From a virus: a stretch of DNA of 64,000 nucleotides. Every line of letters begins with the position of its first letter. The stretch's first letter is position 1. A model generated the notes under the pieces. The model searched no databases and was not told the origin of the DNA. It worked only from the letters and a program-made list of their open reading frames with translations. The stretch covers positions 1 to 64,000 of IMG/VR virus record IMGVR_UViG_3300035698_008781; one strand, 5' to 3'. Positions 25,995 to 36,835 of this stretch are shown here, piece after piece. Position numbers and translations under genes: made by a program.

Positions 25995-26810
25995 ATGAAA
26001 AAATTATTAGTAGGATTATTATTAACAAGTGTATTTTTTACAGCTTGTACAACAGTTGAACCAGGTCATAAAGGTGTTAAAGTTTCATATGGTGGTGAAA
26101 CAGATATGACAACAATTTTACCAGAAGGTATGGATTTAGGTTTATCATGGTTAGTTGATGATGTTGTTCAATATGACGTTAGAGAGCATACAATGGTTAA
26201 AAAGTTTTCATTCAATGATAAAAATGACATGAAAACAGATGTTACAGTAGCTTTAGACTATAATTTAGATGCTACAAAAGTAAATAAATTACATGTTGGT
26301 ATTAATGATTACGAAGTTAAAATTGCAACATCGTTATCATCTGCTGCAAAAGAAGTTGTACCACAATATGCTGCTGTAGATTTAAATAAACATGAAAGAG
26401 CTGCTGGTGAAGCAAAGTTAGCTGAAATATTAAGAAAAGAATTACCTGAATTTTTTGTTGAATTTAAACGAGTTAGATTTACTGATATAGATATTCCAAA
26501 TGGTATATCACAATTAGCTGAACAAACTGCTGTGCAAATTGGTAAGAATGAATTAGCTAGTAAGAAAGAAGCTGAACAAACTGCATTAGCCAAGGCTAAA
26601 GTAGCTGAAGCTCAAGGTAATTATGATTCAGGTATACTTAATGCCAAAACTAAAGATATTATGTCTCAACCTAAAATGTTAGAAATGATGAGAATTGAGA
26701 ATGAAAGAGCTATGTGGGAAGGATTTAAACAACATGGTAAATCCCCTTTTGGGGAAAATAATATATTTGGTGGATCAGGAAGTCCTACATTATTACTTAA
26801 TCGTAAATAG
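25995..26810 (+). CDS. SPFH/band 7 (prohibitin-like) lipoprotein
   Basis: lipobox FTAC, VEPGHKGVKV, SPFH domain, C-terminal coiled coil. Confidence 0.85.
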   Translation: MKKLLVGLLLTSVFFTACTTVEPGHKGVKVSYGGETDMTTILPEGMDLGLSWLVDDVVQYDVREHTMVKKFSFNDKNDMKTDVTVALDYNLDATKVNKLHVGINDYEVKIATSLSSAAKEVVPQYAAVDLNKHERAAGEAKLAEILRKELPEFFVEFKRVRFTDIDIPNGISQLAEQTAVQIGKNELASKKEAEQTALAKAKVAEAQGNYDSGILNAKTKDIMSQPKMLEMMRIENERAMWEGFKQHGKSPFGENNIFGGSGSPTLLLNRK

Positions 26811-26906
26811 ATATGTCTGAACTTAGTAAAGTAAAAAAAGAAGTTAAAATTCTTACTACTTTTATTAATTCGGAACATGAAACTGTAATTGTAGAAGAAT
26901 AATTAT

Positions 26907-26940
26907 AAACCCATATAACTTAAATGTTGTATGGGTTTTT
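26907..26940 (+). terminator. intrinsic terminator
   Basis: AAACCCATATAAC...GTTGTATGGGTTT plus U-run. Confidence 0.75.
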
Positions 26941-26963
26941 GTTTAACTTTTAATAATAAATAA

Positions 26964-28339
26964 ATGAAGAAAGAAATTTATATATATGACTTAGAAACAT
27001 ATCCTAATATGTTTTTAGCGTCATTTAAAAATGTAAAGAATGGTGAGTGGATAGAGTTTGAAATAAGTGATAGAATAAATCAATTATTAGAATTGAAAAT
27101 ATTTTTATATAATGAAGTAGGGGGATTAATAGGTTTTAATAATATAAATTTTGATTATCCTGTTTTACATAATTCAGTATTAAATAGTAATAATAATTTT
27201 ATAACATCTCGTGACATATATAAAGAAGTTGAAAAAGTTATTGCTAATAAGTATTCAAGTATTTGGGATAACCAAACTATAATACCTCAATTAGATTTAT
27301 ATAAAATATGGCATTATGATAATAAAAATAAAGCAACTAGTCTTAAATGGTTAGAATTTGCTATGAGATGGTCAAATCTTCAAGAATTACCTTATGAAGT
27401 AGGAAGTATATTAACTTTTGAACAAATGGATGAAGTTAGATTATATTGTAGAAACGATATTAATGCTACTGAAGCATTTTATAATAAAAGTTTAAAACAT
27501 ATATCAATACGAGAATTCTATACTAAACAAGAAGGTTTAAATATGATGAATGCTTCTGAAATTAGAATGAGTAAAACCATATTTGGTAAATACTTAGCTA
27601 AAGAGATGGATATTAATATTAAAACTTTAAATGGATTAAGAACTAATAGAAGTGTTGTAAATATTAATGATATAATTTTTAATTATATAAAGTTTAATGA
27701 TGAAGAAAATTTAAAAGTTTTAGATTTTTATATAAACTCTGTTTGGAAAAATGATAAGGATGACGATTATGATGGTTTAAGTTATGAAACTAAGTATAAA
27801 AATGTAGTAAGACAATTTGCTGAAGGTGGTTTACATTCATTTGGTAAACCAGGTATATATGAATCAGATGATGAATATGTATTAGTAGATTTAGACTTTG
27901 CCAGCTACTATCCTCATATTTCATTTAGAAACAAATTACATCCAGAACATATTCCTGAAAAGATATTTAGTCAAATTTATGAAGGTTTTTACACTGATCG
28001 TAAAAAGTATGATAAAAAAGATCCTCGTAACTATGTATTGAAGATTATATTAAATGGTTCTTACGGATTAAGTAAAGATAAATTTAGTTTTTTATATGAT
28101 CCTAAATGGCAGTTAGCAATTTGTATTAATGGTCAATTAATGTTAACTATGTTAACTGAAAAAGTATTTGATTATTGTCAATTTGAACCTCAAATAATAT
28201 TTGAGAATACAGATGGTGCAATGTATAGAATTAAAAGAACTGATTTAGAAAATATTAATAGAGCTTGTAAAGAAATAGAAGATATTGTTAATATACCATT
28301 AGAAATTCAAGAATGTCAAAAGATTATTGCAAAAGACGT
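26964..28339 (+). CDS. polB: family B DNA polymerase, exon 1
   Basis: Exo I YDLET, Exo II GFNNINFDY, DFASYYP, KIILNGSYG, NTDG; ends AKD-GT at the splice site. Confidence 0.9.
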
Positions 28340-28391
28340 TAATTATTAGCGTCGTAACCTCGTGAATTGCTGGAAAGCTAAATTAAATAAA

Positions 28392-28529
28392 ATGAATAAA
28401 AATCAAAAATATAAAAAAGGAAAGTTATGCCCTAAATGTAAAAAAGGTGAATTAAATCACTGTGGAAAATATTCTAAAGGTCATAAACATCATATTTATT
28501 GTAAAATGTGTAGATATTCAAATTTTTAA
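28392..28529 (+). CDS. 45-aa zinc-ribbon ORF inside the polB intron (not in ORF track)
   Basis: MNKNQKYKKGKLCPKCKKGELNHCGKYSKGHKHHIYCKMCRYSNF, A-rich leader. Confidence 0.55.
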   Translation: MNKNQKYKKGKLCPKCKKGELNHCGKYSKGHKHHIYCKMCRYSNF

Positions 28530-28732
28530 CAAGTCAATCAGCAGCCAAGTTAAATCGGGTTCAGAGACTATCGAAATCACGTATATGACATATATGGAAG
28601 AGAGTAGAGTACATTTAATATACTAGATATATTATTTGGAAGCGCGAGGCAAATTTTATCAGTTTTTATTAGGTTATGTCAAAAATTTATTGTATATCTG
28701 TATAGTTATTAACTATATGTAAAATATATAAT

Positions 28733-29404
28733 ATGAAACCTAATATAAATGACAATATATGTGGTATTTACTGCATAAAAAACAAAGTAAACAATAAAGT
28801 ATACATAGGAAAATCTATCAATATTAAAAGAAGAATTTACCAGCATTTATATGATTTAAAAAATAAAAAAATTAAGAATGAAAACTCACATTTTTTAAAC
28901 GCATGGTATAAATATGGTAAAGAAAACTTTGAATATTTTATATTAGAAGAATTAGAGTTAAACGATTCTATTTGTAAAGATAGAGAGTTATATTGGATAA
29001 CAAAATATAAATCTACAAACAGAAAATTTGGTTATAATTTAAGGATGGATAGTTCCACTCAAATGATTGTGCATAAAGAAACTTCAGAAAAAATATCTAA
29101 AAGACTTAAAAAAGAATGGTTTCAAGGTATTAGAAGTGATCATGGTGATAAATTATCATTAAATTGGTCAACTACTCCTGAAAGAAATAAAAAGCAATCT
29201 AAAATTATGACTAATAATTTAACAATCTGGTCTTATAATATATACGATTTAAATATGAAATTTATTGAAAACTGTAAATATAAAAGGTTAAATGAACTAG
29301 GTTTAAAAGGTTCAATTACTTCATTTTATGGTTTTGAAAAAAGAAATAGTATAAAAACTATTTGTAAGTGTAAAAATTATTTTGTTGAAAGAATTAAAAT
29401 TTGA
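28733..29404 (+). CDS. GIY-YIG homing endonuclease (intron-encoded)
   Basis: GIYCIKNKVNNKVYIGKS, R..QH, E..W, GYN; lies between the R and S elements. Confidence 0.9.
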   Translation: MKPNINDNICGIYCIKNKVNNKVYIGKSINIKRRIYQHLYDLKNKKIKNENSHFLNAWYKYGKENFEYFILEELELNDSICKDRELYWITKYKSTNRKFGYNLRMDSSTQMIVHKETSEKISKRLKKEWFQGIRSDHGDKLSLNWSTTPERNKKQSKIMTNNLTIWSYNIYDLNMKFIENCKYKRLNELGLKGSITSFYGFEKRNSIKTICKCKNYFVERIKI

Positions 29405-29448
29405 AGATATAGTCCGACACCCTTTGAAAAAAGGGATAAAACAGTAAG

Positions 29449-30052
29449 TAACAATTATATAAATATTATATCAGATGAAAATATTAAGTTTAAAGGGTGT
29501 TTTGAAATCGACAGAGATTTCCATAAAAATCATAGTAAAAGAATTGTTCCAATTACCCTTGCTAATTATTTCATTAACGGAATATCTTGTGAGAATACTA
29601 TTAATGAACACCAGAAAAATATTAGTTATAGCTTTGCTGATAATCATGGTATTTATGATTTTTGTATAGGTGCTAAAATGAAAGGTGAAAATAAACTTTA
29701 TAAAAGAAATATTATTAACTTTAAAGTAATAGATGAACCTATTGGTAAAATAAATAGATATTTTATATCTAATAATGGTAGTGAGCTTATTAAAAAATTA
29801 CCACCATTAGAAAAAAACAGTTTAACTGAGACTGATAAATATAAAAATAAGACTGGTGAACAACAATTTAATATCTTTGATTTTATTGAAGATGTGAAAA
29901 TTGATCCTAGTGATAGAGAAGAAAACTTGGAAGCAGGTTCTTTATGTGAATTATTTAATATTTATGAAAACAGAGAATATGATATTAATTATAATTATTA
30001 TATAAATGAATGTAATAAAATAATTAATACAGTTAATACTCAAAATAATTAA
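29449..30052 (+). CDS. polB: family B DNA polymerase, exon 2
   Basis: open frame (V)NNYINIISDENIKFKGCFE...HKNHS...DINYNYYINEC; spliced product about 659 aa. Confidence 0.85.
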
Positions 30053-30054
30053 TT

Positions 30055-30264
30055 ATGAGTGATAAATTAAAAAATAAGTTTTATGTAGAAGTAATTGAAG
30101 AATTCTACAAAACTTCAGATGTAAAAGAAATAATTCATAAAATGAAAAAAAGATTAAATATTGATATTTCTGAAAAAGAAGTATATAATATTTTAAATGA
30201 AGACTATGAATTAGAATGTAGAAAAATGGAATATAATTTAGAAATGAGTTATATTTTTGAATAA
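30055..30264 (+). CDS. hypothetical protein (possible HTH)
   Basis: 69-aa ORF. Confidence 0.5.
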   Translation: MSDKLKNKFYVEVIEEFYKTSDVKEIIHKMKKRLNIDISEKEVYNILNEDYELECRKMEYNLEMSYIFE

Positions 30265-30913
30265 AATAAAAAGTATGTGGGAGAAATTGATAAATGAAGT
30301 TGAAAATACTGGCTTATCTTTTGATGAGTTCTTAGCTTTATATAAAATATATAGTTATGAAAAAGATATTATAAAGATAAATTATAATTCAGATATGTTT
30401 AACACGTATTTAGAATTAGAAGGTAAGAATCTAATTAAAATCATAAGTAATGAAGATGAAATATTAACATTTCATTTACGAGAAAATGGTTCAGAATTAA
30501 TTAGTTCTTTCTTAAATATAGAAACTCTAATAAAAAACCCAACAGAACAACCTAAAGTAGAAAATAAAAAAACAAATCAATATAGTTTTGATGAATTTTG
30601 GATGTCATTTCCAACTTCAGATGAACACAGTATATATAAAAAAACTAGAGTCTTAAAAGCAGCGAAAGAAGCTTGTAGAAAAAAGTATTTTAATATATTA
30701 TTAGAAGGTTATGAACATAAAGATATAATTAAAGCTTTAAAATATGAAATAAAATTAAGAAAAGATGGTTCAAATAAAGGTAATAAGCTTACCTATATGA
30801 GAAATAGTTTAACTTGGTTAAATCAAAAAGAATTTGAAGTTTTACTTGAGACAATGTCTGATGATGATAACTCTGAAAATTCTAATGGTGATTGGACCTC
30901 AAATTTAGTATAA
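30257..30913 (+). CDS. putative replication initiator/helicase-loader-like protein
   Basis: FDEFWMSFP...TWLNQ motif of phage replication proteins; upstream of the helicase. Confidence 0.55.
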   Translation: MNKIKSMWEKLINEVENTGLSFDEFLALYKIYSYEKDIIKINYNSDMFNTYLELEGKNLIKIISNEDEILTFHLRENGSELISSFLNIETLIKNPTEQPKVENKKTNQYSFDEFWMSFPTSDEHSIYKKTRVLKAAKEACRKKYFNILLEGYEHKDIIKALKYEIKLRKDGSNKGNKLTYMRNSLTWLNQKEFEVLLETMSDDDNSENSNGDWTSNLV

Positions 30914-31074
30914 TGAAAGAATATGAAATTACAGTAAGAATTGATAATTCTTATGATGTTGTAGAAACAATTACAGCAAGTGCAGATCATTTAGCCATCA
31001 CAGCTGCTAGAGGTATTATTAAAGAAAAATATCAACCTGATTCAATATGGTTTATTGATTTAAAGAAAAAGTAA
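30913..31074 (+). CDS. small hypothetical protein
   Basis: probable start MKEYEIT, coupled to the previous stop. Confidence 0.45.
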   Translation: MKEYEITVRIDNSYDVVETITASADHLAITAARGIIKEKYQPDSIWFIDLKKK

Positions 31075-31235
31075 ATGAATGGATTTGATAGAGTATTAGG
31101 TACTTTAAATGAAAGACGAGATCGTATATTATCTGGAAAAATTAACTGTATTCCATGGGGTTTACCAAGATTTGAAGAATTTAATCCTGGAATTGAAAAG
31201 TCTAAATATTACTTATTCACAGCTAACTCAAAGGT
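31075..31235 (+). CDS. dnaB: DnaB-like replicative helicase, exon 1 (not in ORF track)
   Basis: MNGFDRVL...NCIPWGLPRF...PGIEKSKYYLFTANSK-V; Walker A is completed by exon 2. Confidence 0.85.
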
Positions 31236-32309
31236 AAATATTTAGTATAATATAAAAACTATTATAAAATATGCGTTAATAAAATAGGATTTTGGAAATT
31301 AATGTTGTGTATTTGTTAAAAATATATAAAATGAAACAAATTTCACAAAATTTAAAAAAATCAGGTATTTATTGTATTATAAATATAAATAATAATAAAA
31401 GATATATTGGAAGTTCCAAAAATATATATCAACGATTATTAAAACATCGTTCTTTGTTAAGAAATAATAAACATGAAAATTTAAAACTTCAAAATTCTTG
31501 GAATAAATATTTAGAAAATCAATTTGATTTTTATATTTTAGAATATTGTGATGAAAGTTTATTAGAAAAAAAAGAACAATTTTATATTGATACATTAAAT
31601 CCTGAATTAAATATTACATTAATTGTTGAAAGAAATATATTAAGTAAAGAATCTCGGATTAAACAATCTGAAACTAGAAAAAGAAAAATACAATCTGGTG
31701 AAATTAAACTATCTTGTGAAAAAATTATATATCAATATAATTTATCAGGTGAATTTATGAAAAAACATGAAAGTATTAAAAAAGCTTGCTTAGAACTTAA
31801 TATAAGTGCTTCTACAATATGTAGATATTTAAATGGTACATATAAAAAAGGAGGTAATTATTTATGGTCTTTAGATTTTAAATCTAAATTAGAACCGTAT
31901 GTTAAACCTAAAAGAAATATGAAAAAATTATACAAAATTGTACAAATTATAGATTATTTAAATAATAATATAATAATTAAAGAATTTAATTCTTTAAAAG
32001 AATGTGCTTTATTTTATAATATTTTTTCATCTGTTGTATCAGAAACTATAAAAAATAAACGTAAATTTAAAAATAAGTATTTAATTATACTAAAACCTGC
32101 CTAAATATAATAGTAATATTATGTTATGCACATCTGAATATCGGTGAAGACTAAGTTTTAATAATAATTAAAATATGTTAATACCGAGGCATAGGGAGTA
32201 AAGTTCCAGCCGTAGAGACTAGATGCAGATGCTCCTACTTGAAAAAGAGGATGAAGATATAGTCCAGACCACAAAACATTAAATTGGTAGTGAAAACTAT
32301 AGTGGTACG
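31236..32309 (+). mobile_element. group I intron in the helicase gene
   Basis: exon ends AGGU; IGS CCTGCCT at 32096-102; CATCTG/CAGATG P3, AATATCGGTGAA, AATACCGAG, GTAGAGACTA, AAGATATAGTCC; terminal G; splicing gives ANSKVGKT. Confidence 0.9.
31331..32104 (+). CDS. GIY-YIG homing endonuclease with NUMOD1-like C-terminal repeats
   Basis: SGIYCIININNNKRYIGSS; IYQYNLSGEF..HESIKKA; likely ATG at 31331. Confidence 0.9.
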   Translation: MKQISQNLKKSGIYCIININNNKRYIGSSKNIYQRLLKHRSLLRNNKHENLKLQNSWNKYLENQFDFYILEYCDESLLEKKEQFYIDTLNPELNITLIVERNILSKESRIKQSETRKRKIQSGEIKLSCEKIIYQYNLSGEFMKKHESIKKACLELNISASTICRYLNGTYKKGGNYLWSLDFKSKLEPYVKPKRNMKKLYKIVQIIDYLNNNIIIKEFNSLKECALFYNIFSSVVSETIKNKRKFKNKYLIILKPA

Positions 32310-33246
32310 AGGAAAAACACAAGGTGTAGATTTCTTATTTGTATATAATGCTTTTAGACAAATTAAAGAAAATAATTTACCTATTAAACTTGTTATTAAA
32401 TATTTTTCATTAGAAATGTCTAAAGAAGAGAAAATAACACAATTTTTAAGTAATTTATTATTTGTAAAAAGTGGTATGAAAATAATAATATCACCTACTA
32501 ATCTTAGAAGTACTAAAAAAGCTATTGATGAATCAATATTACAGTTTTTAGAAAATGAAAGATCTTATATTGAAGAATTCTTAGAATGTGTTGAGTTTAT
32601 TGATAATATTAGGAATCCATTTGGTATTTTTAATTATATGCGTGAATATGCATTATCTCATGGTATTCAACATAAAAAGACAGTTAATTATGGTAAGGGA
32701 CCTATTGAAGTAGACGATTGGTATGAAGAAGATGATCCAGAAGAATATGTATTACCTATCGTAGATCATGCTAAACTATTATCACCTGAAAATGGTGGTA
32801 ATATACAATCTGCGATAGGAGATTTATCAAGTAAATATTTTATACAATTACGTAATAAGTATCATCAATCTCCTGTATTAATACAACAACAAGCTGCTGC
32901 TCAAGAAAGTGTTGATAATATGAAAGCTAATAGACTTAGACCTACATTAGATGGTCTTGGTGAGAATAAAACAACTCAACAAGATGCTAATGTCATCTTT
33001 GGTTTGTTTAGTCCATTTAGACATCATATACCTGAGTATGAAGGACATGATATTAAATTTTATAAAGATAATATTAGATTTCTTGAAATATTAGGAGGTC
33101 GTGAAGGTGGTGCAGGTAGTATATGTGCATTATACTTTAATGGTGCTGTTAATTATTTTAAAGAATTACCAAGAGTAGAAGATGTTGAAGCAACTAGAAT
33201 TACAAAACAAATAATTATTAATAACAGAAACAATGAGTTTAAATAA
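32310..33246 (+). CDS. dnaB: DnaB-like replicative helicase, exon 2
   Basis: GKT, YFSLEMS, IVDH, LIQQQ, QDANVIFGLF, REGG motifs; spliced product about 365 aa. Confidence 0.9.
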
Positions 33247-33496
33247 AAGTGAGAATAAAATAGGAATTGATCCTAGTCCTTATGAATATTCAAAATTATA
33301 CAAAGGACAATATAATGGATTAAGATTTATTTTAATTCATAATAAATTATATGAAAATGAATTTGGTGAAACAGATTATTCAGTTGAAATAAATTGGATA
33401 GACACATTAGACGAAGAACGTCAAAAAACAGTTAATGAAGCTGTTACTAAAATATTTAAAAACAAGATAGAAAACGGGATTGTAATAAAAGATTAA
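33233..33496 (+). CDS. hypothetical protein
   Basis: 87-aa ORF. Confidence 0.5.
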   Translation: MSLNKSENKIGIDPSPYEYSKLYKGQYNGLRFILIHNKLYENEFGETDYSVEINWIDTLDEERQKTVNEAVTKIFKNKIENGIVIKD

Positions 33497-33498
33497 AG

Positions 33499-33792
33499 AT
33501 GGTAGTAATATATTGTAAAAAATACAAAAATGAAAAGCGTTATTTTATTTCACATAAAAAATTAATTTATATTGTTAATAAATATGATAATAAGTTTGAT
33601 GATTTATATATAATAGGTGGCGTTGTTAAAAATGAATTTGATAGTTGGGATTTTGTAAAAAATATAAATTCATATAAATGTAATAACTTTCATTTAAATA
33701 TTTTACAATTATTACAATCAAATGATAATCTCAATATAAAACTTGCTTTTGAAATAATAGATATGAAATATGCTAATAAATTTAGAGATTGA
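33499..33792 (+). CDS. LxSxDxxNxxLA family protein
   Basis: QLLQSNDNLNIKLAFEII. Confidence 0.55.
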   Translation: MVVIYCKKYKNEKRYFISHKKLIYIVNKYDNKFDDLYIIGGVVKNEFDSWDFVKNINSYKCNNFHLNILQLLQSNDNLNIKLAFEIIDMKYANKFRD

Positions 33793-34051
33793 AGAATTAA
33801 TAACATTTAGTGTGTTGTATACAAAACATTATAAATTTAATAAAGTTAGATATAACTTATTAAAAGGTAATAGTTTAATAAATGTTAATTCAATTGATTT
33901 TCAAGAAAAATATACTACTTTATTTAAAAAAGAAATATTAATTAATCATAAAGTATTAGATTTATTAAACAGTGATGATAGATATAATAATATATTAGCT
34001 TTGAAGTTAATAGAAAATAAATGTAAAATTAAGATATTAAACGATGAGTGA
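33770..34051 (+). CDS. LxSxDxxNxxLA family protein
   Basis: DLLNSDDRYNNILALKLI. Confidence 0.55.
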   Translation: MLINLEIEELITFSVLYTKHYKFNKVRYNLLKGNSLINVNSIDFQEKYTTLFKKEILINHKVLDLLNSDDRYNNILALKLIENKCKIKILNDE

Positions 34052-34478
34052 AATATTATGTAAAGTAGCTAAAGTTAAAATTAGATTTTCAACTTCTAAG
34101 ATATATAACACAGGTGATTATTATAAAATAAGAATTATTAATAATAATGAAAAATCTTTTATTTATATAAGTACTTATCTTGTAGAATATGTAATGAATG
34201 ATATTAAAAATGAATTAATGTTTGAAAAATTAATACTTAATTTTCATTCTTATTTAAAAGAATTAGCACCTCGTTCATATTCACGTAGTTTATTTGTAAA
34301 AAATAAAGATCATCCTTATAATAGTATTACAAAGTATTGTTTACATTGTTTACATCATTATTATAAGAAAATAACATTACCATCTAATTTTATAGAATTA
34401 TTAGAAGTAAATGATATATATACTATTAAAGTATTAATATTAATTTTAAAAAATAAATTAGATAATGAAAGTAATTAA
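34044..34478 (+). CDS. LxSxDxxNxxLA family protein (diverged)
   Basis: ELLEVNDIYTIKVLILIL. Confidence 0.5.
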   Translation: MSEILCKVAKVKIRFSTSKIYNTGDYYKIRIINNNEKSFIYISTYLVEYVMNDIKNELMFEKLILNFHSYLKELAPRSYSRSLFVKNKDHPYNSITKYCLHCLHHYYKKITLPSNFIELLEVNDIYTIKVLILILKNKLDNESN

Positions 34479-34605
34479 AGCTGTATATTTAGAAGAAGAA
34501 TTTTTAAATTTAATAGAATCAACAAAACAAAATCAAGATAAATTGAATCAAGTTTTAATATGGGAAATATTACAACAAAAAATTAAAAAAAAACATGAAA
34601 AATAA
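34465..34605 (+). CDS. 46-aa family member (not in ORF track)
   Basis: NLIESTKQNQDKLNQVLIWEIL; overlaps both neighbours. Confidence 0.4.
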   Translation: MKVIKAVYLEEEFLNLIESTKQNQDKLNQVLIWEILQQKIKKKHEK

Positions 34606-35539
34606 AATCATTCTTACAAGTAAGCATGGAAGACCTTCAACTAAAGAAGTATATTCAACAATGTCATCAGGATCATTAGTCCAAAGAAGACAAATTTTTA
34701 GTACTAAAACTCGTAAATTGTTAAAACAATATTATAGAGTATACAGAAATAATGATAGTAATACCTTACATAAAGAAAAAAATGTAGAAACAGAAGGTAA
34801 TATTATCGTTAGATGGGGTACACGTGAAGAAGTTGTAACAGATTCTTCAACAATTGTATATAATCAAAGTAAAGCAATTGCTAACGCTACGAATAAAAGA
34901 CTATCAAGAGAAATTTTCATTGAAAAAAAAGTAAGTTGTCCAGTATTGGTTACACCTGAAAACTTTGATGAATCTTATTTACCTATAATTGCTAGACCAT
35001 TAGTTCATTCTAAAGGTAAGAATTTTATAGTACTAAAAACACCAAATGATTTTATTATTCATTATAATAAAAATAATGAAGGTTGGTATTATTCTCAATT
35101 TATTAATAAAGAGAGAGAATTTAGAATTCATTGTGCTCATAGTAAAGTGTTAGCTGTTATGGAAAAATCAAATCCAGATAATGGTAATATAGCTTGGAAT
35201 AGAGCTCAAAATGATACAGAACCATTTGAATATATTGCTTGGTCACAAGTTGATGAACAAGATTTAAAATGCGTACTAGAAGAAGCTATTAAAGCTACTG
35301 CTGTAGTAGGTTTAGATATGGCAGGTGTAGATGTTATGTTATGTGGAGGTACAGCTTATGTACTAGAGGTTAATACTGCTCCCACCCTTAACACATCACC
35401 ATATGTTGCTTCTAGATGGGGAATGTATTTTGATTGGTTATTTAGACAAGATAAAAGACGTGAACATTGGGATTATACTCAATTTAAAAAAGGTTCAAGT
35501 TTGATTTGGAAAAATAAACAATTAAATGAAACTAAATAA
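34595..35539 (+). CDS. ATP-grasp peptide ligase (RimK/phiEco32-like)
   Basis: VRWG, PIIARP..HSKG, REFRIH, GVDVM, VLEVNTAP. Confidence 0.85.
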   Translation: MKNKIILTSKHGRPSTKEVYSTMSSGSLVQRRQIFSTKTRKLLKQYYRVYRNNDSNTLHKEKNVETEGNIIVRWGTREEVVTDSSTIVYNQSKAIANATNKRLSREIFIEKKVSCPVLVTPENFDESYLPIIARPLVHSKGKNFIVLKTPNDFIIHYNKNNEGWYYSQFINKEREFRIHCAHSKVLAVMEKSNPDNGNIAWNRAQNDTEPFEYIAWSQVDEQDLKCVLEEAIKATAVVGLDMAGVDVMLCGGTAYVLEVNTAPTLNTSPYVASRWGMYFDWLFRQDKRREHWDYTQFKKGSSLIWKNKQLNETK

Positions 35540-35541
35540 TT

Positions 35542-35838
35542 ATGAAAAAAACAGCAACATCATGTTGTGCATTAGCACAACTATCAGGTTTAAGTAATAA
35601 TACTACAAAAGAAGAACTTCAATTAGAAATTGTTAAATTAACACAAGAACGTAATGAAGTGTATATACCTGGAGATTCTTCAGGTAAAGGACAAACAGCT
35701 GTTTTTGTTATAACAACACCTAAAGAAAAAGTTTTAGAAATGTTATTACTTTCACAAAATTTTAATCCTGTTACAGAATTTAAACGTAGATTAGGTTATG
35801 AAGACGGCTTATTAACTATGTATGTAAAACATTTATAA
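35542..35838 (+). CDS. hypothetical protein
   Basis: 98 aa with a TSCC motif. Confidence 0.55.
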   Translation: MKKTATSCCALAQLSGLSNNTTKEELQLEIVKLTQERNEVYIPGDSSGKGQTAVFVITTPKEKVLEMLLLSQNFNPVTEFKRRLGYEDGLLTMYVKHL

Positions 35839-36197
35839 TGAAATTGAGTAATTATAGAAGTAAAAGTAAGTTATATAGGGTGATTGTTAAGATATCAATT
35901 AGTCCTATAACTCGTACTATTTTATATGAAGAAATTAATATTCCTAAATTACATTTTACTATTGAATTAACAAATACTTTAAATTATCGTTATGCATGGT
36001 CATTTAGAACAGAAACTGAAATAAACGAAAGTGTTAAAAATTATCATAAAAATGATTCTATAAAAAGAGAATAACCTTATTTTGAAAAAAATCATGTTTT
36101 ACTTGAAGATGTTTTAATATCATTAATGGAAAGTGATGATAAATCTAATATAGCATTAGTTGCTGAAATATTAAAAATTAAAGTACAAATAAAATGA
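35838..36197 (+). pseudogene. LxSxDxxNxxLA family gene interrupted by an in-frame TAA (36072-74)
   Basis: frame continues PYFEK...SLMESDDKSNIALVAEIL to TGA at 36197. Confidence 0.5.
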
Positions 36198-36295
36198 AAG
36201 TAATAAACTTAAAATAAAAATAAAATGTCAATAGAAAACGAAAACGGCAATTTTGCCAAACCACTGTTATAAGCAGGTTTTTAACACTAAAAATT

Positions 36296-36478
36296 ATGAC
36301 TAAAAAAATTAAATTAGAAATCACAGAAGCACAATTAACAGCTTTAGTAGAAGTTATAAATGAATGTTCTGCAATGATTGGAGCAAGCGGAGAAGATGCA
36401 GATAAAAATAGAACTCATTGGGTTGAATTACTCGATAGACTGCTGAAAAATAATGGTTATAAACGTGAGTTCCTTTAA
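36296..36478 (+). CDS. cassette-borne hypothetical protein
   Basis: 60 aa, flanked by 15-bp inverted ends. Confidence 0.55.
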   Translation: MTKKIKLEITEAQLTALVEVINECSAMIGASGEDADKNRTHWVELLDRLLKNNGYKREFL

Positions 36479-36480
36479 AC

Positions 36481-36762
36481 TTGCTTATAACGTTTGGTGC
36501 TTTGCGTAGTGCAAACACCAAGCCAACCAATTGCGGTTATACAGTGTTAGCCACCGTTTTTGAAAAGCACATACTTCATTTTGATATTGGTGATAGTGTG
36601 TATTTAAAAACTGACCCTGAACAATGTGAAAGATTAGTTACGGGTATAAATATTAGACAAGATAGAATTAGCTATGCACTTTCTTTTTTGACAAACGAAA
36701 ATTATCATTACAATTTTGAAATTTCAAAAGAACGAGATATTGTAAAAGCAACGTCATCTTAA
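36481..36762 (+). CDS. cassette-borne SH3-like small protein (start uncertain)
   Basis: HFDIGDSVYLKTDPEQ..RLVTGI; the 5' part reads through the attC-like site. Confidence 0.5.
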   Translation: MLITFGALRSANTKPTNCGYTVLATVFEKHILHFDIGDSVYLKTDPEQCERLVTGINIRQDRISYALSFLTNENYHYNFEISKERDIVKATSS

Positions 36763-36835
36763 ATGGTGAATAACACTGATGACTTTGTCTTGTTGCCGAC
36801 AAAACACAAGATCAATTTTAAATAAATCACAAATT

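Larger units (their letters stand above)
28340..29448 (+). mobile_element. group I intron in polB
   Basis: P1 GACGU|UAA...UUAGCGUC with U-G; core elements AATTGCTGGAAA, CAATCAGCAGCC, TTCAGAGACTA, AAGATATAGTCC; terminal G; splicing restores KDVNNYI. Confidence 0.9.

Noticed and set aside
29475-29669. 64-aa ORF from the track
   Set aside because: It is an alternative frame over polB exon 2; the 29678-30052 ORF is likewise just the tail of that exon.
32284-32309. Start of the 320-aa helicase ORF (MVVKTIVVR)
   Set aside because: These codons are intron 3' sequence; the real N-terminus is exon 1 at 31075.
30973-35557. Additional ACAGCAA occurrences (about 30973 and 35551)
   Set aside because: They are inside coding sequence with no convincing closing stem in the array register; compatible with chance.
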